DNA of 64,000 nt from the human T2T-CHM13v2.0 reference genome, Homo sapiens. The notes under the pieces were generated by a model. It saw only the letters and a program-made list of their open reading frames with translations, was not told where the DNA came from and did no database searches. The position numbers and the translations under genes are program-made. This document shows, in pieces, positions 37,450-52,628 of the stretch. Position 1 is the first letter of the stretch. Each line of letters begins with the position of its first letter. The DNA lies in the NCBI RefSeq assembly GCF_009914755.1, contig NC_060927.1; one strand, given 5' to 3'.

Positions 37450-38597
37450 TGTTAGCAGCAGACAAATTCATAGGCAGATAGGAGCAGGTGTCTGGTGAAA
37501 CCTGACCTTCAAACCAAAGATAGCCTGAAGCATGAAAACCGGGCTGCCAGTTTCCAGTAGAATCCACAACCTGGAGTGAGAACTTCATTGATACCTTTCA
37601 CCCAATTAAATGGTGGTTTCTAGGCCCACCCATGGACCGATCAGCATGCAATTCTTCTTGCCCATGGACCAGTCAGCATGCACTTCCTCCATTCTGAGCC
37701 CATAAAAACCTGAGACTCAGCCACACATTGGGACTACCCACCTGCAGGTAGCAGCTTCTCACTTCGGGTCTCCTCCCTGCTGAGAACTGTTCTGTCACTC
37801 AATAAAACTCTTCTCTGCCTTGCTCACACACCAGTTGTTCATGTAACCTCATTCTTCCAGAACAGTGAGACAAGAACTCAAGACCTGTGCAATGGCAGGT
37901 GCAAAAAGGTCTGTACACTTTTCTGGCCAGCTCGCGGAGCTGCGGGTGGTAACATACTTCCCTTTGTTGGACTGCAGAAGTGAACAGCTGCAACCCTTTT
38001 GGGATACCAGACCTTGGGATTCACCCAGCCAGACCTGTAACACTATAGACCTCCCACCCTCTGCACTGGGTGGCTGCCCCATGTGAGAGGAAGTTGAGGT
38101 AGGGCCAGGCCAGCCTGGGAATTGTGGGCCAGAGTGAGATGATGGGACTGAACTAGCTGAAACACGCTCCCTCTGCTCACTGAGCTGTGGGCAGTGGGTG
38201 CAAGAGAGCTGTAGCACAATCCCTGACCCCCTTGGGACTCTGCAGTTGCTGGTCCCTGCAGCAGAAGCCACTTGCAGTACACTTGGTCCAGCTGCACCTT
38301 TGCATGAAGCCAGTGTCTGGGCTGGTGCCTGGAGCTGCCCACCCAGCCACAGCAGCCAGTGTGCCTGGCTATGTATAGTGGCTGGATCCTGCACTTGCTC
38401 ACTCATACACACCTCGTCACGCAGCACCTGGCTCTCCCTTGGTGGGCATGGGATCCAGACCGGTAGCATGAGCTGAGTGAAGCATGCCAGGCCAAATGGG
38501 TGGAACAAACCCAGCATGTGCAAGCAAAACTTAAGAAGAGGCATTGCTGGTTAGAGGTTTCCAGCTGGCAAAGCAACACCTGAAGAATCTCGTGACA
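37450..38597 (+). mobile_element. ERV1 solo LTR, MER52/LTR27/LTR28 group (1148 bp)
   Basis: TG...CA termini (tgttagcagc...ctcgtgaca), exact 4-bp TSD CTAG, cccataaaa TATA-like motif, AATAAA 37801-37806, terminal gaggtttccagctggcaaagcaacacc. Confidence 0.88.
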
Positions 38598-38789
38598 CTA
38601 GAAATGAGCATATGTTTTCTCAAAAGAAATCATGCAACTTTTGTTTTCTTTTCTATTTGTCAATGCATTGTCAAAATTTTAGTGTGGGGAAGATAGAAGA
38701 CAACCCTTCAAAAAAATCTTTATGATTTTGTGAATATTATGTATGTTATATCAATGCATGATTTAGCTAAATGTATTCTTAACTTGTTA

Positions 38790-39105
<316 letters not shown>

Positions 39106-39239
39106 GGTTTTTTTTGAAGGTCAACATTAAGGTGAGAGGACATCTCCAGTAAAAACTTTTTTTCTATTATAATGACTACAATTATTAATGTCTTCAATTT
39201 AAAAAAATAAAGTATACTTCCCAAATTTGCATTTTTTTG

Positions 39240-39410
39240 TATTTATTCAGCAAACATTTAATTTATTAACTGCCTAGTTCAAAGACAAAGAAGAGACAAT
39301 TCTCATCCTTGAGAAACTCAGAGACTAGTAGGGAGGACAGACATACATAAAAACCTACCATAAAATGTGAAAGTGCTATAATGAATGCATGTGTCTGTGA
39401 TTCAGTGGGA
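39240..39410 (-). mobile_element. L2 3' fragment
   Basis: atttattcagcaaacattta...cttgagaaactcagagactagtaggga. Confidence 0.5.
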
Positions 39411-40011
39411 AAACTAATGCATTATATGACAGAAGTGATGGATTGATTACAAGATCAATAAGAATCAATAGTGTGATGACTGCAAAAAAAAAAATCAAAC
39501 AAAATTTTAGCCTGGAGTTTTTTATGCTTAGCACTCAAAATGAAGAAGAAAAACCTTTTAAAATACAATTTACAAATTTGACCACATCTGGACTGTTCTA
39601 ACTCTGAGTAGAACTTTCAAAATGGTATCTGGGTTACCAAAGGTTTGTGACGTGATAATACTGAGTTATAAAGAAAATGGAACTGTTTAGCACAGAAAAA
39701 TGTTTTACAGGGCACATAGATACATGAGAATCATCTTTAAAATTTGAAGAGCTGTCATATTAAAAAATACATATATTTCCCCCCCACTGTAGAACTAAGG
39801 TATCCTGAAATGTTGCAGGAAAGAAATTTTTGATATGACACAAAGTACTGTTCTGTTTTCTAATAAATAGAACTATTCAGGAATTAAAAGAGCTTCTAAA
39901 CTTACTCTTTCTGAATGCTCTCAATTTAGAGATGGCATATGATTTGTCAGGGTTGTTACAGCGTGACTTGATGCATTGGGTGGGAGAGGGAACTAAAGCT
40001 CATCTCTTTTC

Positions 40012-40055
40012 CTCTCTCTCACACACACACAGACATACACAGACACACACACACA
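40012..40055. repeat. (CT)n(CA)n microsatellite
   Basis: ctctctctcacacacacacagacatacacagacacacacacaca. Confidence 0.8.
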
Positions 40056-40633
40056 AATCAAACATGAATTTATTTGCTCAAACATTCTCAACATTCACAT
40101 ATGCACACAGTAGATTATATGAACAAAGACACAGTAACTGTGTGCAGAAGAGATTATTGGAATGGCCTGCTTAATCTTTGAAACTGGAACTATTATTTAG
40201 GCAGGGAAAATATTAGGACCTCTAGAATCGTAGCTTATAGTAGTAGCATCTGATCTGTCTTGCTATGAATTTCTGTTTTATTTTTCACCTGATCCTTATT
40301 TACAGACTCTTGCCACGTTCCCCAGTCCCAAACCCATTCTCCCAGTTTGATTTCTATTTACAGCCATGTTTTAAAAATGTGTTTGTTTGTTTACTTGTTT
40401 TTAAACCTGTGTCTGAGTTCTCATCATTGAAATCTGCTTAGTTCCCCACCTTTTCTAAGATCCCATCATCCCTGTTTTCTAATCCACTACTCCTAAGTAC
40501 TTAGTTGCTGCATTTTTAGACTGATAATGATGCCTATGTCCCACTTGTTTGTTATTGGTCTTTCCTGGAACCAGTTTCCTCTTTTTTATATTAGTGTTGG
40601 TTTCTGAGCAGGTCTCCCCAACATTATTGAACC

Positions 40634-40845
40634 TTTTTTTAATTATACTTTAAGTTCTAGGGTACATGTGCACAATATGCAGGTTTGTTACATATGTATA
40701 CATGTGGCATGTTGGTGTGCTGCGCCCATTAACTAGTCATTTACATTAGGTATATCTCCTAGTACTATCCCTCCCCCCTCCCCCCACCCCACAACAGGCC
40801 CCAGTGCGTGATGTTCCCCTTCCTGTGTCCAAGTGTTCTCATTGT
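40634..40845 (-). mobile_element. 5'-truncated L1PA 3' end
   Basis: ttatactttaagttctagggtacatgtgcacaa...gtgtccaagtgttctcattgt; TSD core ttgaacc at 40627 and 40847. Confidence 0.93.
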
Positions 40846-41319
40846 CTTGAACCATTTTTGAAGGTTACTTAAAGTCCCGGGTATTGGCCTCCTGCCTCTC
40901 GCTGTAAATATAATAGTATAAACTTAAAGATGGAATGACCAAAGTAATATAAAACCTCATATAGCAGTAAAAACCTAATACTGTAGGAAAGTGGAATAAA
41001 GAATTTAGATAATTAAATTACTTACAATTAGAAGAGACAAGAAAATGGAAGAATTTTCACAAATATGAAGACTAATACATTTAAATCGAGAGTGTTTTTA
41101 GATCACTTATATGGCTTCCTCAGTAATCACTAAATTCTTTATATCATTTGTCATATATTTTTACATCAATTAGCCAAGTATATATGTTTGTATTATTTTA
41201 ATTGTAAGTGACATATGCCAAAATGTGAAATTGGCTGAGCGTAAGTAGGTTTGGAGGAGCAAGGTTCTTTCTGTTACAGAAACTTATTTTGATATAGCAA
41301 CAAAACAGTTATTTTGCTA

Positions 41320-41398
41320 TTAGGTTAGTGCAAAAGTATTGCGGTTTTTGTCATTGAAAGTAATGGTAAAAACTGCAATTGCTTTTGCACCAACCTAA
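41320..41398. mobile_element. MADE1 (Hsmar1-derived MITE)
   Basis: TA|ttaggttagtgcaaaagta...cttttgcaccaacctaa|TA; palindromic TIRs and TA TSD. Confidence 0.95.
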
Positions 41399-41668
41399 TA
41401 TTTTCTACAGCGTGTGGGGACTCAGACTCTTGAAGCTGCAGCATTCGAAAACCTGGTAGAAAAAAGTGAGGATATAAGTTTGCATTAATTTCAATTTGTT
41501 ATTTTTTGTGTGTGGTCTTAATAGAAAAAGACAAGTTCTCCTGAAAAGTAGCACCTATTAGCAAAGATGATTTTAATTTTTTTAAAGAGGCAAGGATTGT
41601 TAGTTTTTATTAGGTAAGTCTAGTAATAACCCCTACATTTCAATGTCATATATTAGTAGAGGTTTATA

Positions 41669-41967
<299 letters not shown>

Positions 41968-43590
41968 GTTTTGTAGCTAATTCATGTGACATGTTGGCTA
42001 TATGTTGACTACAGATGTGCAGCTCTACATCACTTGACTTTTAACCTGGGGTCCAGTCTAGGGGTGTAGCTTTTACTTTGGTTGTGTGTCCGAAGGAAAA
42101 GGGACCAGGATGGGCCATGTCATGACTCTTCCAAACTACTGATTAGGTGTGGCATCCCTTAATTCTATTCATATTCTATTGGCTAGAAACCTAAGTCACA
42201 TGACCACAGGGCAGGGAAGCACACTACTTAAATGAGGGTAGGAACAGCCTGGAATATGTAATCTCTTTATCGATAAGGAAGGAAATAATTAAAACAAAAA
42301 TAATAATCTACTGTCTGCTATCTAGCTTTCATGTATTGATTTCCTAACTCTGCATGCAAACCACATTTACACATATATAGGGAAGATGCCATAAAACTTC
42401 TATTCCATCAAGACTCAGATTTGAAGTAAAGGATTTGGAGTTAGCATATACATTAGGTCTGGATGTGGCTCTTTCTCATCTGGATACCTAAAAACTAAAG
42501 TATGAGAACATAGAATGGTAAAGGAGGGACGGGTATCTTCTATAAATACTTATCTTTTTCTTCAGAAAATGCAAGTTAATAATTACTAATCCATAAGAAA
42601 TCTAAAAATATTTTGGGAAAGATGTTTTAAGAACCCTCTCTCCTGGTTGCAGAATATGTTTCTTTTTAATGCCCAGATTCTACTCCCTGTGATTAGCTCT
42701 AGGATTTTTCCACCAGGAGGCTCTTCATTGTCCATTTTATTTTTGGACAAATTTGAAGGAGACATTGGAGAATAGGCTATCCTTGGGGGCTGATCATCTT
42801 TCCTAGGTAGCTTTCTGTTCACAACTTTTGATGTCTCACACAAAATCTACCTTCTTCAGGAAAAAATGATGATGAAATACAATAGGTCATTCAGGTGGTA
42901 TTAACAGTGCCAAGCCACCCTCTGATCACAGTTTCAAATTACCTTTGTGCAGAGGCCATAAAATTGAGATCAAGAGATGGACAAGGCACCTATTACTAGA
43001 CAGATCAAAATACCCTGGCTACAATCAGCATTCGGTCTGTGATTTGACATGTTCACTTTGGTTAGAAGCCCAAGGAACTGATTAGAAACAAATACTGAAA
43101 GCAACTAAGCGACAATTAATAGAATTATACTATCAGGCAAGCCACAAGCTGAGGAAAGAGAAACTAATTGTTGCTCAGATTGTATAAAAAGCTCTGCATC
43201 TGCATACTACCAACAGTAAGTGAACTGTTGAAGAAGAGTAGACCCTGAAAGATGAGACCTCAGAAGAGGCATTCTTTATAGGATCCATTTTAGAAATTGC
43301 AATGGAGGGCAAATGAAACATAGGTTCATCACATATCAGAAGCCTATGAAAATGGGTTTTCTGCCATTGCAATTAAAGGAATATTAAATAAGATAAAATT
43401 TCCCCCATTATACCTACTTTTATTAATTATCTAAAAAGTACATTAGGTATCAAGATATAAGTATTAATTCTTTAAATTGCAAACAAGTTTCTTATTTTAT
43501 GGATTTTTTTTCTTTCTTCTGCAGAGAACTATAGCAGGTAGAGAAATGTTGACAAAGATGTACACTGTCCTCAGTTGGGCACATGGTAGG

Positions 43591-44053
43591 TGTAGTAGAT
43601 TGCAAAAATTATTGAAATTTTTCATCCTTCTATGTAATCAGGACTTTTGCTATGTGTCACAGTTTCTTTTACTAAAGAGACACAGTATATTTTTCTTCAT
43701 CTTGGATTTCTGTTTGACTATATGACTTGCTTTGGTCATTTTTTTAAAACAAAGAATTGTCACTGTGCCAGTTCCAAGTCTAGATGTTAGAGAGACTTTC
43801 ATATATCTGCTTATCTCACTGCACTTCTACCTTTGTTATGAGCAGAACATGCCTGGGCAGACCCATGTCTCAAGAAGAAAGATATTGGAAGCAGACCTGA
43901 ATTCCTGAGGTCTGACCAGGACCAATAACAATATCCAGTACCTTCCAACCAAGCCCAGTCTAGATCAGTCATTATCCAGTACATCCACAGAAGCATATGC
44001 TTAATGAAATTGTATTGTGTGTTATATTTACTGTGGCTGTAATTAGGTAATAC
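43591..44053 (+). mobile_element. MLT1H-like MaLR LTR
   Basis: tgtagtagattgcaaaa...tgacttgctttggtca...gtgccagttccaagtctag...taataca. Confidence 0.7.
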
Positions 44054-44440
44054 AGTAGAATGACATATCTCTGCACTTTTAAAACCCAGTCTTGGTCATG
44101 TGTATTCTTTTGCCAATAAAATTTTAGAAACCCAGTATGCAATTTGCAGATCTTTCTGTGCCATGACAACACAAGTATTCTGAAGAAAGGGAATTCCATT
44201 AATCTGGATCTTTATGTGAAGAAAAGATAAAGCAGAACCAAGATAGGTCTGCCATTGAAAAACACATATTGTTATTAGACCAACCTAACTGGTAAAATAA
44301 GTGTGTTTTCTTTTCTTTGCAAAATATTTAAGGGTAGAAAAATAAAATGTAACATAGTCTAAAATAAGATGATTGTTATTAAAATATTATGGAAGGACTT
44401 CTTTTCCAAAGAAGAACTGACAATAACAAAATAATTGGTA

Positions 44441-44748
44441 GGCTGGGCGAGGTGGCTTGTGCCTATAATCCCAGCAGCACATTGAGAGGCTGAGGCAGGC
44501 AGATTGCTTGAGCTCAGAATTTTGAGACCAGCCTGGGCAACAAGGCAAGACCCTGTCTCTACAAAAAATACAAAATTAGCTGGGTGTGGTGGCGCATGCC
44601 TGTAGTCCCAGCTACTTGGGAGGCTGAGGTGAAAGGATCGCTTGATTTCAGGAGTGGGAGGCTACAGTTAACTGTGATCCCACCACTGCACTCCAGTCTG
44701 GCCAACAGAGTGAAACCTTGTTTCAGAAAAACAAAACAAAACAAAACA
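44441..44748 (+). mobile_element. AluJ with (CAAAA)n tail
   Basis: gattgcttgagctcag and ggatcgcttga J-type features; TSD aaaataattggt on both sides. Confidence 0.92.
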
Positions 44749-45254
44749 AAAATAATTGGTTATGAAAATACTTGGTCAATTGAAAATAGTATGACATAAA
44801 AATAAGTATGCACTTTCTGCATGTTCTGATGAAGAATTTTAAATCTAATCTCATGGTTGTATACTCTGAATGAATGATAATGGTTTATTTTCTCTAAGCA
44901 GGCAATTAGAACATTTTAATGGTACGTAAGGGGCTTTATTTAGCTCACAAAACTATATTGAGTATTGATTTTTTTGTACCTGCTTCCTTATAAAATAAAA
45001 ATCTAGCCTTAAAAAATAAATTTGATTCTACTATATCCTAAATAGTGGGGAAAAAAATCAATGTTACAAAAACATATGGATGGTTAAGGACAGTTACCCA
45101 GAAACAAGAAGAAGAACATACACCTGCATAAACCAGGTGCTAAAATAAATTGCTCTTTCATAAATATTTAATGTGTCATCCTCTATGTTAAGCACTGTGC
45201 ATTCATTATCTCATTCATAATTGAGTTAAGTATGATAATCACCAGTTTTAGACC

Positions 45255-46005
45255 ATGATAAGGGGGGACCCATGCCCTTTAGTTGGGGCACTCATGCTTT
45301 AGCAGGCTCCACTCTGTCTTCTGGACACGTCCCTCTTTCCAAGGTGCAAGGAGACTGAGGTATCAAATGTATGTGCCTCCTTGTAGCTCATATTCTGCAT
45401 TTTAGACTATGATTTAAGTAAAACTATTTTGAAACTCTTTGTCCAAAATATCCCACATCTACTTTCAAGGCTTGGGCAATCCTCTTAGGGGTGTCCATCC
45501 TTCCAAGTATTTACTATGTTGCCAGGGTGTGTGTGCACGATTCTAGGTCCACATGATGTCCAAGAGGCAGCTGCTGGAGGAGACTGCAGATGCAGGTTGG
45601 TGGTTCTGGCTGTACCCTCACATGTGCTTTTAAGACCCTACATGGTCCATGAAAGTGCCAGGTGCTAGGTGTCAAAGAGGAATGAGCTGGACTCAGGCTG
45701 AACTTCCTTGACTCACTACCTATGACATAGGATACCAATGAGTTCCAATATTTTTTATTTAAAATCTGACCTATCGGGCAACCCGCTCGGGTCTCCTTCC
45801 ATGCTGTGGAAGCTTTGTTCTTTCACTCTCCACAATAAATCTTGCTGCTGCTCAAAAAAAAAAAAAAAATGACCTATCAAGTCATCTCAAAAGTACTGTA
45901 TTTATGATGGTAGAAGGGTAAAAATCTTATTAACAGTTTATTAGTTTGATTTGTAACTTTAAAAAAGATACCTGAACTGTGGGTTTCCATTAGTACTACT
46001 GCCCC
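45255..46005 (+). mobile_element. MER115-like hAT-Tip100 relic
   Basis: 3' end taacagtttattagtttgatttgtaacttt...tgtgggtttccattagtactactgcccc resembles recalled MER115 consensus. Confidence 0.5.
45776..45869 (+). mobile_element. Retroposed ERV9/LTR12 transcript 3' end (78 nt plus A16)
   Basis: ggcaacccgctcgggtctccttccatgctgtggaagctttgttctttc...AATAAAtcttgctgctgctc then poly(A); flanked by tgacctatc on both sides. Confidence 0.88.
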
Positions 46006-46310
46006 ATTGTACATATGAAAAGACTGGGGCTTAGATTAAGCCAATTGCCCAATTTCACATACCTATTAAAGGACAGAGCAGGAACTAAAGTGAAAACCTA
46101 CAGGATTGTAAAGCTCTGTGTGCTTGCCCAGTTGAATCTCACACTTTCTGTGAATGAAATGATGAAACAAAGCAGGTATAGATTTGAGGGATATAAGAAG
46201 GATGACAAGTTGTTTAATTTTACCAATTATGGTACAGATTATACATACATCTACTTGGGAGATGTCTTAGCTCAAACCTTTCAGTGATTTATCTGCTTTA
46301 CCACAGCTAA

Positions 46311-46748
<438 letters not shown>

Positions 46749-46901
46749 CCTCTAATGCCTTACACAGTGCCAAACACAAAGTAGGTATTCAATTAATAAT
46801 ATCACATCTCTCTTAAAAAGATATAATCTCATAGAAGACATGTTTCTACCTTCATATGTTTACATAAATGAATAAAATAATAAATTAAAAAAATTATTAG
46901 T

Positions 46902-47202
<301 letters not shown>

Positions 47203-48948
47203 TTATTAGTAATTACTTCCACCATCTGCTCTGAAATTATTAAAATCCTGTAATAAAAACAACAAGCCTCAGTAGGATTTACAAATATTTCATTGTTTTA
47301 CCAAGAAACAGTGATAAATTTGGTAGATTTGGGATAATTACATTGTCATCTGTTTAATGTTAATTTTAAGCCACTAGTCCAAAAGGGAGACTAAGAAATC
47401 TTGAATAAAATAACTACTTTTCATAAGCTAAATATTTTATTTTGTTCATTTATTCAAATAAAATCTATCATTTCTCCATTCTTTCAATAATTTTCATTTT
47501 CAAGCATATATTATGATAGTCACTATGTAGTTTTAGTCAAATACGATAATTTCTTTAAAATTTCCTTAACATGCAACAATCATTATAAGAGCATCAAATT
47601 TGATTTTTAAAATTCAACAAGAAAAATTCTGATTTTCGATTTAAATAAATTATATTTAAGCTTTATGAAATACTTAACCTGCATTAGACATGGTTTGCAT
47701 CAATTATCATATTTTAAAGTATATGTTTTCAAATATTAAACTAAATATAGTTTTATTCTTGAGTATTATCACTTAATGCTTCAAAATCAATTATATATGC
47801 AATGAAAAATTTTAAAGGATAGTTTATTATAATTAAAAGTTTAAAAATGCCAAATTATTATGAAATAGACGGCAGCAAATTTTTGTATATTCATTTTACT
47901 CAGCTGCAAAATGCAAATGAAATGTATCTTTTTTTGTATGTGGAGCTACTATGTTATTTTGTTCCTTCTTTGTACATACATCTGAATCTAGCAAACTGTC
48001 ATCTCTTGGGAAACTATTATTTAAAAATTTATTAAAATATTATGTTTTATTAAATACATTTAGGAACTACTCAATCTGATATTTCCTTTCAGAGACTGAG
48101 TTGTAAGCAAAAGTATATATATACTATCAGAAAAATTCTACACTATAAAATATACTCATATTTTCCTAATTTCTCCATTCATGAAACAGTTTTTTTGGTG
48201 AGCATTTACCTCCATATGTCATTGTAAAATTTATTAACTAAACAAGTTAAATTTATAAGTTGTTAATTGAAAATGATTTCAAACAAGTTTCTAATATTGC
48301 AGAACCATTTCAGAATACTCCTATGCTAGCTTTCAATCAAGTCAGGATAATTGTTTTCATTTTATGTACAAAATAGTTGCTTAGCTGTTTCTGTTTCTTA
48401 CAATATTTTAACATTTTTTGAAGTACATTTACATCAGTAGAGTATCAAATTTGACCAACTTCTTTACCCATTGGATTCGAAATTACTCACTAATTAACGT
48501 TATGTTTACACCTCCCCACCCCCCGCACATTGTCTTTGAAGTGTATTTTGACATATTAAAACCCACCCTTTTCTAATGTTATGTTTCAAATATGAAATGC
48601 TTTTTTCCCAAGCACAGCTTTTCTAGTAAACAAAATACAAATAAGTGATTATTTGTAGCCTTTCTGACATGCATTTATACATTTCAAACTGTAGGTGCAG
48701 AATGTCAAAGTAATGGCATGCAAAATAAAAAAGAAAAAGTTTCTTACGGATTCCTTCAAAAATAGACAGGAGTCATAGGAAGAAAGTGATAGGGATTGAT
48801 TGCCCACAAAGTAGATATGTGTATAATAAACTGAAAATAGTTACAATGAGATCTCAGTGGGTTTGAAGGAAAGCATATAGGTCAGTGTTTTGAATCAGGG
48901 GTACACATCAATAATTTCTAAGGAGCTTTTAAAAATAAATGTGCTCAG

Positions 48949-49414
<466 letters not shown>

Positions 49415-49829
49415 TTATACACATAATGACCCTAAGTGTTATCTAAATGACGTATGTCTTAAAAATTTTACTGCTTTTATACTTGCAGCTGAGTAATTAC
49501 TTCAATATTGATTTCCTACATTGTTTTATTCTTTCCAAAAACAAAAGCACTCTTCTATACTTCAGCGTGCATATGACTGCCTCTCTGGTACTTTGGATGT
49601 GAACTCACTGTGATTTCTGAAACCACCCAAAAACTGCACTGACTTGAAATCATAGTTTAGCGAAAGCTCATTTGCAGCATCTCTCATCTCCAGAACATAA
49701 AGTTGTTTCAAGTGAATAGTATCATAGAATTGAAATCAGAGTATTGCCTGGTCACCCTCAGTGTCAAACAATGACTAAACAAAAGACTGCGACAAAATGT
49801 ATTGATAGTTTCTTGTTTGTTGGGACCCC

Positions 49830-49965
49830 CCACCCCTTCATGGAGAGGAAAACTGAGGTACAAAGGGCTTAAGTTGCCAAGGCCGTTAATAGTAACACCA
49901 ATAGAGCTGGCATTTAAATCTAGAAAGTCTGACTTGGAAGTTTATGCTTATAATCATTATGCAAA
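49830..49965 (-). mobile_element. MIR
   Basis: gaggaaaactgaggtacaaagggcttaagttgccaagg...agagctggcatttaaatctag...gtctgact. Confidence 0.7.
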
Positions 49966-50173
49966 GCAGAATACTCTGTGTATTTTTCAAATGACTGGAA
50001 GAACCCCAGAAAACCTAATCATATTACCTAAAGGTCATATGGTATAAAAATGATATTTTCTTTTACTGTGCTCTTGGAGCTGTAGCACACCACCTCTCTC
50101 ATTAATCCTTTATTTCAAGCACAATGTCATCTAGGATCTGCACATTCTTCCTGCTACTTTGGCTGTGCTGTAG

Positions 50174-50533
<360 letters not shown>

Positions 50534-51471
50534 TAGCTGTCCGGAGCTTCCAGCCTTCAGAGGCGAAGCTTTTCTGTGTTCCAAATAAACAAGACTAATT
50601 TGATATACCGCTATTATTTTAAAAAGGAAGAAAAGCTATCACTCCATAAGGAAACAAATGCATATTCTAAACACAAACTGCTGAAATTTGTTAGAATGCC
50701 TAATAAACTATGATAGTAAGAAACTAACACCTTTGCTGATGGTTAGAAGAACAGAGTATTTCCTAGTTCTAAGCAACTGGTAATACCTACTGAGGTCTGG
50801 AACAGAATTGCTGTTTACACACAGATGGTCAAGAGACCAAGGACAAAATATGGGGAATGGGAGATCCTTAACGCCAGAACAGGATAGATAATAATCTCAG
50901 TTTACAGCACTTTTTATCTTCCATTCCTTGGTTTAATGAGAAATTCAAACTACTTAGCCACCTACTTATTTTGCCATTGGTCTCAACATAAGGCTGACAT
51001 TAAAGAAAAAACACTTTCCTTGGTTTCAAATATATTTATTTATTATAACATATTTAGAAAATAAACGTTTCAATTGCTGGTAATTTTTTTTGTCTATGCC
51101 TTTGCTTAAATTGACATTTATATTTGACTGATCATTAAGAGATCTTTATGTAACATATGTATATATTTGATGAGTAAAAGATTTTATGTATTATATATAT
51201 TTTGCTAATTATTTTTAGTTTGCTCAACTTTTGTTTTCACTTTAAATATTTTGATGTGTAGTTCTTAATATTTTTGTGGCCCAAAACACAATTTTTAAAA
51301 TTGATTGTACACATAGAAACGCCTTTCTCTTTCTGAAAGCAGAGTGAAAATTCATCTACATCTTCTTGTAGTCATTTTTAGGCATTTCCTTTGTAAGTTC
51401 ATCTATGATTTGTCCTATTGAATTGTAGCCAGTTGCTTTGACCTGAATTTCTTCCCTCTTGTACTTTATAC

Positions 51472-51495
51472 AAAAAAAAAAAAAAAAAAAAAAAA
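51472..51495. repeat. A24 mononucleotide run
   Basis: Uninterrupted A run with no adjacent retroelement body. Confidence 0.95.
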
Positions 51496-52287
51496 TCACA
51501 GTTTTTTTCCAAATAGCTTTAGTTACAGGGGAACAGTAACTGATTCTGATGTTTACATGAAGAGCTATTTCTGATTTATTTTCTTGTCCTTGAAAACTAC
51601 TTAAATTCTTTATGTTTTGAAACAAGGGAGAGAGAGGGGAATGTTTGAAAGTTTAATAATAATTAATTGGTATTTATATTTATTACTATACATGTAATTA
51701 ATATAATGCAACAATATATAAAGAAAACATTGTTTTCAACAAGATAATATTTAAGTTAGTAATATGAAGTTTCATACTACAGGAAGTTACTGGCAGAAGG
51801 ACATATACATTTTTCATTACTGCATATTTAATTTGGTAATTATCACCATAAAGTTGTAAAGGAATCACTTTGTGATAAAATAAGCTTACCTTCAAAAAAA
51901 GGTATTCATTTACTTAAAAAAAGGATAAAATAATGATTAAGAAAAGTTCTCCACTTCTCTGCTCAACATTCTCCAAGCACATGATAATATAAGATATAAA
52001 TACAATCGTGATTTTCTGCTGAGAAAACTTTTACGTTTGTAAGTAATTGCTCTTTCTCTCTTCTCCCTCACCTGTCCACACACACATATCCTCACGCTCC
52101 CATCCATAACATAGTGCCTGGTTTAGATTAAATCGAGCATTAAGCAATGTTGAGGAATTATTGTGATTATAGCAAAGACAATATATTTTAAAGAAAAAAA
52201 GAGTGAGCCAGAATTCAATGCTCTTGTGCCTTAAAAGTAGTCATTTAATAACCGTAATTGCTTACTGTCCAGAAAAAAATGTCAAAC

Positions 52288-52628
52288 TGTTGTAGGACTT
52301 TCTCCTTAGTTCAGCTAAAAACAGTGTCCTTGTCACACAACCATGAGATTAGGCTCGTAGACACTTTGAAGGGTGAGAAAAATGGAATTTATTGGGAAAA
52401 AAGGAAAAAAAGTGGGGGAATCAGAGACTGTCAGCAAAGCAAGAGTTCTGCTAGCTGGTTTCCTGCCTCACACATTGAATCCCAGGTACCACCAGGAACA
52501 GGAGATACCAGGCTCCTTTCCCCTGCAAAGGGTGCAGACTTACCAAGGCTCCACCCCGGTGCAGACTCCTCCCATGCACACTGTAGTTGAAGCTTCTGCT
52601 AGGGAGCCCTTTATACTTGGCTGTCTCA
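52288..52628 (-). mobile_element. MER61-like ERV1 solo LTR (341 bp)
   Basis: Reverse complement begins tgagacagccaagtataaagg; TG/CA termini; TSD aaac/aaat. Confidence 0.85.

Larger units (their letters stand above)
45160..46130 (-). mobile_element. MIR split by a DNA-transposon insertion
   Basis: gcactgtgcattcattatctcatt (about 45190) resumes as ccccattgtacatatgaaaagactgggg...ttgcccaatttcaca (about 46002). Confidence 0.55.

Noticed and set aside
37849-38544. 231-aa minus-strand ORF
   Set aside because: Antisense inside a TSD-bounded solo LTR; GC-rich, with no gag/pol/env or other recognisable motif.
51885-51935. Minus-strand 23-nt microexon (tttaag acceptor, AAG|GTAAGC donor)
   Set aside because: Not frame-preserving, and such motifs arise often by chance in T-rich DNA.
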